DNA from: Podarcis muralis
Taxonomy: Eukaryota
Length of the DNA: 64,000 nucleotides
Direction: 5' to 3'
NCBI RefSeq assembly: GCF_964188315.1
Contig: NC_135660.1
Location: 79,670,001-79,734,000 of the forward strand
Position numbers and translations under genes: made by a program. Positions 36,063 to 47,508 of the stretch are shown piece after piece (position 1 is the stretch's first letter; every line of letters starts with the position of its first letter). Under the pieces are notes generated by a model, which worked only from the letters and a program-made list of their open reading frames with translations, had not been told where the DNA came from and ran no database searches.

Positions 36063-38261
36063 GCCTAGAAAGTTGATTTTAGAAGAATGCATGTATAGCC
36101 TTTTCAGCGTGATCCATTGCCGTTTTTACAAAAAACAGTTCTAAAGTGATCCCAGTAAAACAGTTGTGTGAAATGATGATTTTGTTAGTCTTGAATGGAA
36201 AAAAATGTTATATGTAAGATATAATTTCAGGTACATTTGAGTCAATTGGCAAATGCACATAAAGAGTAGTAACTGAGCATATTTGAATAAAGGCTCAGGA
36301 AACGTGTATCAATAGCACCAAAAGGAGGTTTTGTACACTGGATGCTCAACACGGCATAGCCTCCCTGTAAATTTTGCACACATGTTGCACAACATGGAGA
36401 GTTTCAACTAGGGATGGCCAATTCTGCATGTGTTCATTCATAAATCTGTTCCATCCCATTTCTACTTTAAGATGTGACTTTCTAAAAAAGAGATCACACA
36501 CACACACACACACACACAACATTTTTAAATACTTCCTTCATCTCAACATATGGATTTGTAGTTGCATTTTATGCTAAAATACATGTTTTATAATCCATTG
36601 TGGTGAAAAAAATTAGCAAAACATAAGAAATAAGTAATATTCCAAAATAACAATTACATAACAAATGCATCTGAACTATATAACCATGCACAATAACAGC
36701 AAATCTCAAAGGGGGGTGTGTGTGCACTGGGGCTTTAACCCTTTGCCCCCAAATACGTTACCAGTTTGGATCCTCTCACAGCTGTCATTTGTATTGAAAG
36801 GAAAACCTATATTGGTGTGAACAGGAGCTTTTCTAGTGCAAACAGCAAGCACAAACCTCTGATTTGGATGGGGACCATAGCGGGCCCCTCTAAAAGGCTG
36901 AAGCCCCCCTAACCAGTTTGTGATCTGAAACCTTCCCTGAAATTATTTGGTTTAGGAAGCCATTCACATTTGTGAATAGTGTTTCACCTACCTACGTTCT
37001 GATTTGCAGCAGTCTGAAACAGTTTAAGATAAGAAACCCCCTTGCTCTGCTTGCTGAGATTCTAAAGCAGCCCTTCTCAAACCTGGGTTGCCAGGTGTTC
37101 TGGAAGTGTAACTCCCATCCTCTCTGACCACTGGCCATGCCAACTAGGAATGATGGGAGTTGTAGTCCAGCAACATCTAGGGACCGACCCAAAGTTGAGA
37201 AGGGCTGCCCTAGAGGTTGCCCCAATACCTATAACTGAAGGTGCTGTGGACTGAACCTGTACTTATAACCTAATGTGCTTATATACAAAACTGGCTTTAA
37301 AATGTCGTAGGGAAAATGACAGTTGGGGGATCTTGAGGTGGGATTATGAAACTAATTGTGGTCAGAAAAACCTCAACCTTCTCTGAAAATGAAATTAGAA
37401 AATGAAAATAACAAGATATAGAAATGATGAGGGAGTGCATTGGTTCAAAACCATATTAAAAAGATGTTATAGGTTCTGTTAGCAGAGGGAAGATGGAGCA
37501 ACAGCTGCCAGGAAGAACACTGCAAGATTTCTTCTCAGGCAAGTCATAGAAAACCCATCTTCGAATAAATTTATTATTATTATTTGAAGAGGCACCCCTC
37601 CTGTGTGAGCATTTTCTCAGGATAGGTTTAGTGGCCACAATTTTTATAAGTGCTTGTATTAATCATCCTTGACGTTTAAAAGGTCTTGAAAAATATTTTA
37701 ATCTAACCAATTAACCAACTAAGGCTGTATTCCTATACCCTCTCTCTCTAGTGTACTCTCTCTCTCTCTCTCTCTAGTGTACAGGCACAGAAAAGGTTCC
37801 TGTTTTCAGGATCACACTTACCTTCTTCAAGTCCAAATTTTGTTTCAATATTGGTGGCACCCCAGCGTCCTCTGTGTTTATCTCTCAAGTGAGAATATTC
37901 TCTCTCTCTTTTCTTCTCCCACCCACTGTGTTTATCAGTTGAAATTCCATGGAGCAAAGTTCAAGTCCCCACCCACTCCAGACAACAGACAGTCTGGAGC
38001 TTCTACAATGTAAGATAGGGTGGGTTTTGGGTCATCCCTCCCAAGTTGTTGACCTTTGAGAATACATTTTGCAGCGGCGTTTTGTTAAAAAAAATAACGT
38101 ACGATTCACATGTCATTCCATAAATCAATAAGATGATTGCAGTAGTGTAGTGTAGCCTAGTGTAGACTTTGGGGCGGGGCCCACCTCAGCATTGAAAAAG
38201 AGACAAGTTCATAGATGAGCTGAACAGAGGCAGCAAGTGTGGAGGTGGGCTGGATCACATA

Positions 38262-38506
38262 CAGTGGTACCTCAGGTTAAGTACTTAATTCATTCCGGAG
38301 GTCTGTTCTTAACCTGAAACTGTTCTTAACCTGAAGCACCACTTTAGCTAATGGGGCCTCCTGCTGCTGCCACCGCGCCGCTGGAGCACGATTTCTGTTC
38401 TCATCCTGAAGCAAAGTTCTTAACCCAAGGTACTATTTCTGGGTTAGCAGAGTCTGTAACCTGAAGTGTATGTAACCTGAAGCATATGTAACCTGAGGTA
38501 CCACTG
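38262..38506. mobile_element. Tigger-like MITE family A
   Basis: TIRs plus TA TSDs. Confidence 0.9.
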
Positions 38507-41028
38507 TATTGGTAGCCAGCATGGTTCACGACCTGCTGTTCCTCAACCATTGTTTCATGTAGTTCTTTTGTTCCATTCACAGGAACACCTATTATTTTAG
38601 TAGTGTGCCAGTAAATATTGCCTCTGAGAGTGATGAGTGCCTTTCTCACATCAATGAACCCCCAAGCACCTTTATAAAATGCACTGTAGGAATGGGGCTT
38701 CAGAGGACTCGTCTGAAGCTTGGCCATGTATTTTCATCCCCACCCACAGCACCATCCATGTTGTTCCCTGCCACAGGTCTTCATTTTGCTCTGAGTGCTT
38801 ATGCTGGAGTGCCTCAGGAAGTGGCTCTTGCCTTGAGGTGGACAAGTGACCCTATGGTCATCCCAGGGATTTGATCTAGAACCTTCTCTGGTGGCTTCCA
38901 TCTGACACGGCAGGTTTCCCATTGCTCGGCACATCGCCGTGCTGCCAGATGATGGCTGTTGTCTCTCGTACTTCTGCCAAGCAATCTTCCATGCACCTCT
39001 CGTGTATGGAGGGTAGGCTTGCGGGGGGGGGGGGGGGATTCATTGGCTTTGTTGAAATTACTTGATTCATATTTGCTCCACTTCAGACAGCAGAATCTGA
39101 CACAACTGGTCACCAAGCAGCTCAAAGTTTTGATGGCAGCCCTAGTGAAGGAGGTTTAAGAATTGAAAGCAAATTTCAAGAAAATCACTTGATGCAACTT
39201 TTGCTTGACTCTACCATTTCAGTCCATATGAAGGGGGATAGCACATGATGCCCCCCAACTAAAAATGCTCTTTTGCAAAGACAACAGTAGAAGTTGCTGG
39301 AAAGCACACAGGTAGTGTAATTTATTTTGTTAAGAAGGAACCACCGCCGCCGCCGCCACTTTAGGACAGGTGAATAAATCGTTAAAAAAATAAAAAAGAT
39401 GTCATATTGGCCAGATTGCTAAAGCAGAATAAATTTTGTTCAGTATTTGAACTACATTTCCAGTCAATATTTGTTTTGGAGAAGGGCAAGTTAGCTTATC
39501 TTAAAACACCATCTAGAAACACAGTGAGAGATGTTTGATTTACTGTGGTCAAGGCTGTACAGCTTTTGCCTTGCAATCATACATGTATAACTTACTAACG
39601 ATGCCCTAATATCAGAAGATTGTTCATGTGTTCAGAAGAAGACCCAAGCGTGTATAGTATGTTTCATGTTACAGCCTATAGTTGCAAAATATTTTCTCAA
39701 CTGAGGTCATTTCCAAGTTACCTACATCAATATGTAGGTAACTTGGAAATGACCTCAGTTGAGAAAAGCATTCACCCTGATTTGTTTGCAGCACTCAGAG
39801 CATTCACCCTGATTTGTTTGCAGGGAGGTAAGATGATATCCTCTATTAACTAAGCAAAACTTGGTACACTACTACCCAAAATTTCCAACCCCAGCCATAG
39901 TCGTTTGGCTGAGTATGAACCATTAGCACAAATCCTTGTTATGTCCAATTCCACCCAGTTTATTTTTCATCAGCAGAAATATAACCAGCATAAATTATAG
40001 TGCAAGCGAGTCAGAAAGTGAAATCTATCTGGATGCAGAGAATCTTGTGCAAGTTTTTGGGGAAATGATGAACCATTGTGGAATTTAATATGTGTATGTC
40101 TTTCCAACTTTTGCCCAAATGTGCATCACACAATGGAATAGAAAGGCAGCATTGTTTACCACATTCTGGTGTACATCCTATTGGAAGCAATGGCGTAGCT
40201 GGTCAGTTTACATGTTTGGGTGTGAATGCCAATGAGGATCTGATTTGCACAAGTGGTAGACCATGAGGCAGAACAGTGGAAAGCAGGTTCTGGCCAGCCC
40301 TCGTTAGTTACCGTAAATGATTCAGTACTTTCTAACCCATCTCTACCTCAGATAAATGCTCCTAGGAATGCTTACTCATATGATGAAAATACTTCTGTTT
40401 GCTCCAAGAAAATCTCTTTTAATAAAGTTTTGAAAATATAAATATAAAAATATCCTGTGCATGTAAAAATCCCCCCACCCGCATCAAAAGCAATTCACCC
40501 CACTTAGGAAAAAACAAAACACCCACAAACCATTTTCAACTTCAGATTTACAAGACCTTACATTTCATTCTGAATGTGCGTCTTCAGCGGAAAATGGATC
40601 ATGATTTATTGATATAAGCCCATCAATCTACATAGTACTTTATACAGTAACACAAGAAGAAAGGTCCTGCCCGAAGGAGCTTCCTTTCCCGCTCCTCTCC
40701 TCCCAGGCAAATCCCACAAAATGCCCTTACAACTCAGTTAAAAACAGTTGAAACACTAAAAAAAAATCAAAAAGGATTTTTTTTAAAAAAAATTAAAAGC
40801 AATTTAAAAGAAGCCCTCTCTGTTGAGCAGCAGCAGCAGCAGTCCTTATAAAACCTGTCAGGTCTGCCCTGGCCCAATGGCTATGTTATGTGTGCACATA
40901 TGTCAATAGACTAAAACAAAAAAGGATTGGAAAAATAATGATTAATGTCTACAGATAAAAAGCAAACACAGTATTGAAGCTTGTGGCTGGGTCGAGCTTT
41001 TTCTTTTTTCTTTTTTGGAACAGATGGC

Positions 41029-41405
41029 CTAAAATTCACAGAGTATTAGCCTCTTTTCCCCGCAGGCCCGGTCGTTCCACTTTCCATTCACATAAACCTC
41101 TACACAGTTCTCCCTGCCCTTTTCGTTATTGGGTTCTCCCTGTAGCCAGTTGGAGTAAACGATGGCATCGCCATTCAGATACCTAAATTTCCCCTCCGTC
41201 TGGATATCAGTTACCCCAAGAAAGACCGACTTGTTATGCTGAACAACTATCTGTTGGACAGCTGTGTTCTCCGCAGCATTTTTGGGGGCGGCCAGCTGGC
41301 CCCCGGCTTGCAGACACTTTTGCTTCAGGTCATCAAAGGTGCCTTCGTAGCCGCTGGTTACGAATACTTTGTTACCGACAATTCGCCCTCCCGGGAATGC
41401 TGCAA
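41029..41405 (-). CDS. SFTPD: SFTPD CRD exon
   Basis: Acceptor tgttttag; [27 protein letters not shown]. Confidence 0.95.
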
Positions 41406-43455
41406 CTAAAACAAACAAAGGGAGTGGGCGTCAGGTTGATAGTCAGCCACTGTGTTTTGCGAAGCCAATAAATGGATGGCAACCTCTGCTATTTGCAACC
41501 CATAGGAATCTTGGATTTGGATAATGTTTTTAGCAACAAGATGATTAATGCCATCCTATGCAGAAGCAAGATAAGGGACGCGGGTGGCGCTGTGGGTTAA
41601 AGCCTCAGCGCCTAGGACTTGCCGATCGAAAGGTCAGCGGTTTGAATCCCCGCGGCGGGGTGAGCTCCCATCGCTCGGTCCCAGCGCCTGCCAACCTAGC
41701 AGTTCGAAAGCACCCTCAGGTGCAAGTAGATAAATAGGGACCGCTTACTAGTGGGAAGGTAAACGGCATTCCGTGTGCTGCGCTGGCTCACCAGATGCAG
41801 CTTGTCATGCTGGCCACGTGACCTGGAAGTGTCTGTGGACAGCGCTGGCTCCCGGCCTATAGAGTGAGATGAGCGCACAACCCTAGAGTCTGTCAAGACT
41901 GGCCCGTACGGGCAGGGGTACCTTTACCTTTACCTTTATGTAGAAGCAAGAGAACCCTCATAGCACCTTAGCTGTGGCCACAAAGGTGACAATTGAAAAT
42001 TGATGGTGCACCTGGCTCTGGCCAGGCTACAGCACATTCAAAAGAATATTTTATTCACCGAATTTTCAAAATGTTGCAATTATTTTGCAGGAAAGGAAAA
42101 TGGATCTTTAAAAAGAAGGTTCAGAAAATGCTGCAAAAGACTAGGGATAACCTACACAATTTATCCCTGTGCTTATTGAGCTTGTGCTGCAGTCATAATC
42201 TTGCAAAGACAATGTTGTTGCTGGTTCTCTAATGCTACAACAGGGGGATGATGCATGCATGTGCTGGAATCTAAGGGTTACAATGAACATCCCTGTGCTA
42301 TCACATATAATGTGCCCATAGACCTGTGTGTTGGTACTGGTTCTTTGTTAAGGGGCCAAACGGACCGAGAAAGATTGCAAAAGACGGTTCACAATGTTTC
42401 TGTTACATGCAGCATTTACCTTTTTGATATTTGGAGAAACTGGCTTGCAAGGCTCTTAGCTGCCCCTCTAGGTCACTGACTTGTTTTTTCATAAGGTTGA
42501 CCTCTGAGAAATAATAAAATGATCATGATCTGCAAGATTCAGTACTGTAGTAATATGCGGTAAACAATATATTGCACACAGTGTGGATGTGAAACGTTTT
42601 GTTAAACCAAATGCCACCTCTCTCTCCAACTTCCACCCACCCAGAAACTAAAAATTGCCAGGCAATCCAAATGGCACAACACAATAAACATGTTGTTGTC
42701 ACAGTCAATCAATTGCTGCCATAATTAATACATTCATCATTCATTCATTAATTCTATGGAAATTTAAATAATATTATGCTATATTTGCTACATAATCTCA
42801 GTGTAGAATCAAATGGAAATGAATTTGTACATTAGTGAATATTGGGTGGTGATCTCTTACTAGGTCTGTTTTGCTTGTGTGTTGGTGTATGCATGTGTGT
42901 ATTAATGGTATGAATTAATTATACGATTAATGGTTCAGTGGTATTAATGTCCATCAAGGGTAAACGTTTGCCCTTTTTTGAAAGAAGCCTTTGTTTATAC
43001 AGATACATGTATCCATCGCTTGATCCCTCTTTCAGACCTTCCTGTTAAGGCCCAAACTAGAATAAATATTCCCACCCCACCCCCCAGAATGGTCTGGAAT
43101 TAAATACACTCTCAATCGAGTTGTGTGATTTTTTAAAAAAAAGTTAGCTCCACCCTGATTGCTCACTTAAACTTTCCCTCAATAATCAGAGTTACAAAAT
43201 TCACATGGATTGCACCAACTAAAAAGGGCACAGCAACTTAAAAGACAAATTTTGCTCTAACACTTTTAATGCATCACTTTTAACATCAACAACAAAAGGC
43301 TACCCCTCCTTACCTGAGAGACCGCTGTCACCCTTGGTCCCTTTGTCACCTACAGATCCTTTATCTCCTTTGGATCCAGGAGATCCTGGTTTCCCCACTG
43401 GCCCTTGGGGACCAGTCGCTCCTTGTAATCCTATGGAGAGAATAATAATTAATAA

Positions 43456-43502
<47 letters not shown>

Positions 43503-46500
43503 ATTATTTATACCCTGCCCATCTGGTTGGGGTTCCCCAGTCACTCTGGTCAGCTTCCATCACATTTGAAAACATAATAAGATGTCTAACATTAAAAACT
43601 TATTGATACAGGATTTTTAAAATAAAAAAAAACCCTAGCAAGTTAGTTGGTAGGTGGCTTCTGTTTTCCTATGCATGTTAATATCTGATAAACAGCCATA
43701 GCCAATTGGTTTAAAAGGCTGTATGCAGGAGCAGTGTGAACAAATCACCCATCTTTTCTTTTCGTTAACCGGAAAGGAGTGTCAGAGGTTGACATGGAGC
43801 AGAAGCTTGGCATTACACCTGGCACCCCTGGGGCAGAGCCCTTCTGCACTGGTAAGGCGAGTTGCCATTTTAAATTTCCTACAGTGACATGGAAAGTTCT
43901 GGAGCCTCGTGGAGTATTGAAACAGCAGTCCCGGGGGGGGGGGGGAGTGAGTACAGACATTTTCAATGCTCAGTATGCCCTGGAGTGATGCTTTATTCGG
44001 GGTATTGTGGGGAATTTAAAATGATCATTTTTTCATTGCAGGTGGAGTCCCACTGACCTGGGAGGGCATTCAATCCTAGGGCAATTTGCTCCTCAAATTC
44101 AGACCTGAATCTGAGGAGTTCCAGTTTCCTTAAAAAAAAAAAAAGTCATCTAAGTTAGTGGCCAGCTGAAAATCCCTCAGACTAACTATGCACTACATCA
44201 AGAAGTTATTTCTGTTGTCTCTTCGGAACCTTTCTCTTTTTTAAAAAAAAATAATTTTTATTAAATTTTCCATTTTAACAATTCAATCAAATCACATTAA
44301 ATATTCCAAATTATAAAAATACATATCATATAGTCTGAATATTCTGCCAAATTATAAATTTTTATTGGGGCCTCCCATGCTTCAAGTTTGGTGGGGCTCT
44401 GATCATCTTATATCTCTACTGCCTTGAGTTTCCAACAGTTCTTTTAATTCTTCCTGTTGTTACCTTTCCTTTGTTCATGGCCTCTGAGTTGTTTCCACAG
44501 GCAAGTTGAAGTAAGCAATGATATGCTTCTGTGTGAAATTTGTCTGCCTATTGTTTGCTGTATATCCTCACACGCTGGTGTTTATGCCGAATTAATCCAA
44601 CTCTTTGGAACCTTTCTCATGCCATCAGAATGTTTGTTCAGATGCACCTTTTCGTCCACATCACTTACCTCTTTCTCCCACATCTCCTTTCGCTCCCTTT
44701 TCGCCCACTGGGCCTCTGTCGCCTTTGGGCCCAGCCACACCTGTGTCACCTTTGGGACCTTGGGCACCAGTAGCTCCTTTTGAACCTACAGAAATATTGA
44801 ATGGGGAGGGGAGAATCAACAAAAATGGAAGGTACTTTGTAATTATGACAAATGCAAAAGTAGGTAAATAGTTTCAGCTCAGCCCTAGTTTGTCTGTCTG
44901 TCTGTTGTTGTTGTTCCTATGCTGCCCTTCATCCAAAGATCACAGGGAAGTTTACAATATAAAAGCACAAAAATACACACAATAGTAACAAAATACCAGC
45001 CCACCTATGCGGTTTAAAAGGTCATAGATCAGGCATAGGCAAACTCGGCCCTCCAGATGTTTTGGGACTACAACTCCCATCATCCCTAGCTAACAGGACC
45101 AGTGGGCAGGGATGATGGGAGTTGTAGTCCAAAACATCTGGAGAGCCGAGTTTGCCTATGCCTGTCATAGATGGTTTAATTAGCCAAAGGCTGGGAGAAG
45201 AGGAATGCTTTTGCCTAAGATATGTAACAAAAGTGCCAGGCAAGCCTCTCTGGAGAGGGCATTACACAAACAGGGAGCCTGGTCTCATGTTGTTGCCCTC
45301 TGGGCTTCTTGTAGCGGAGGCTCATGAAGAAGGGCTTCAGATGATGATTGCACTGTCTGGCTCAGCTCATATGGGAAGAGGCAGCCTACATCTTAGGTTA
45401 GACATTCTCACAGAAATGATAGCTCCAGTGTTTATATACTATGTTTTGTACTGAGGATATGATAGTCACAATTTTATATCTAGGGGGTAGTCCTGTTAGT
45501 CTGGTATACCAAAACAATGATGAGGCTATGGTACTGCAGAGCAGGGGTAGTCAATATGGTTCCCTCCCAAGGTGAGCTACAACTTACACCATCTTTGCCA
45601 TTGGTTTTGCTGAATGGCGCTGATGGGTTCCAACAACCTCCCATGTTGACTACCCCTGCCTTAGAAACTAGCAAATATATCATAGCACAAGCTTTTCTGG
45701 ACTAGTGTCAGATGCATTTGATGAAGTGGCCTTTATCACTACATTTTATAACTTGCATGTTGCCAGAACATGACTTCAGAAGCTGGCTGTCACAGATCAC
45801 AATCTTTTTGTGACCTCAGCCAATTGCCTAACAATGGGAGTCAAGCTTGAGAGCTGTCAGCCTATGATGTATTTGCTTGTTCTTTCATTGGCATCCACGA
45901 TGGATGTACAGTGGTACCTCTGGTTAAGAACTTAATTCATTCTGGAGGTCTGTTCTTAACCTGAAGCACCACTTTAGCTAATGGGGTCTCCTGCTGCCGC
46001 TGTGCCGCCGCTGCACAATTTCTGTTCTCATCCTGAAGCAAAGTTCTTAACCCGAGGTAATATTTCTGGGTTAGTGGAGTCTGTAACCTAAATGTATGTA
46101 ACCTGAAGCGTATGTAACCCGAGGTACCGCTGTATATATAGAGGGAAACATCAGAGGTATGGGCATTTTATGGTTGCTTTCTCCACTCACATAACATTTA
46201 TAACTTGGAAACTGTACCATACTAAGTATCTTGACAACAGGGTGGATGTGAACATTTAAAATCTGTGACTGGGATCCAAAAAAGCTACTTAGGCATGCTT
46301 AAGGACTTGGACTGACATTTAGGTCTTTTTACTTCTTTTGTTGGATGGTAGGTCTCCGGGGATAACACAAATGGCTGTTTGAGAAGCAGAAGCCCCCAAC
46401 CCCACTGGGTGTGCAGAAGTAGTTGTATGCTCCTTTGGATCCTGGCCACTGTGGTATATTGAACCCTCTTGCAGAAATCCAACTATTTAGCACTTAGGAT

Positions 46501-47442
46501 TACCTGTTTCTCCCTTGACGCCTTTTTCACCTTGTGGGCCATTGTTGCCTTGTGCTCCAGAGGGGCCGACGCTTCCTGGAGGACCCTGCAAACCTCTGAT
46601 TCCACGCGGTCCTACTCAAAAGAAAGCGGTTTTGTGAGCAGGCAGAGATATACACCAAAGGGGGAAGGTCTCTTGTGATGAGTTGCAGTGCATCAGGGGC
46701 TCCTGGGCCTTAGAACTGGGAACACTGAAATGTGCATGCCATTGTCCCAATCTGGTATGCCTTCAGAGTGGTGGAGGACGCTGTCCTAACACTAGTGTTG
46801 AAATAAGTTTCAACTGGAAGTCTGGTGAGGTTCTATACATGGACTGGGGTATGGGCACCATCTTGTCTTTCATCTCAGGCAGCAAAATGTTTTGGGCCAG
46901 TCCTGTACTGGGAGCAAGGGAAGAGCACCTTGGTGGGTTTGTACTCTCGTCCAGGGAAAATGTTTGATGCCATCAATCGGCAGGATGGCCCTCTAACAAG
47001 ACTTAGAGACAGATGTGGATAAAAATATTAAAGAAGTTTGATTTCTTCTAATAATATCTAGCTTTTGTTGAATTTGATGCAATACAATTCCATTTAGTCA
47101 ACAACACTCCTTACCCATTGATCCAGCATCTCCTTTGGGTCCTTGCTCTCCTTGGGTCCCCTTTTCTCCTTGTGGTCCAGCTGGTCCCATTTTTCCAGGA
47201 GGACCAAGAATTCCTCTTGGTCCTGCCAACCCTGGCATTAAGTGGAAGAATGAAAAGTGGGGTTATCTTAATGATAAAGCTTACATATGTGAGGAATGCA
47301 ATACATAATAACCCAAGGGAGAAGTTTATTGAGAGGTGGGCCTTGTTTTTACTTTTCTGGAATGACAGTGGAAATGATATTTCCCCTTTTAACTTATGCA
47401 CGATACTATAGGGTCTTTGTTATGTTGTCCCTTTCTCCTTTC

Positions 47443-47508
<66 letters not shown>

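Noticed and set aside
44457-44668. Possible extension of SFTPD collagen exon C to the ttacc at 44461
   Set aside because: A canonical gtaagt donor at 44668 gives the expected 117 nt; the downstream sequence is not Gly-X-Y.
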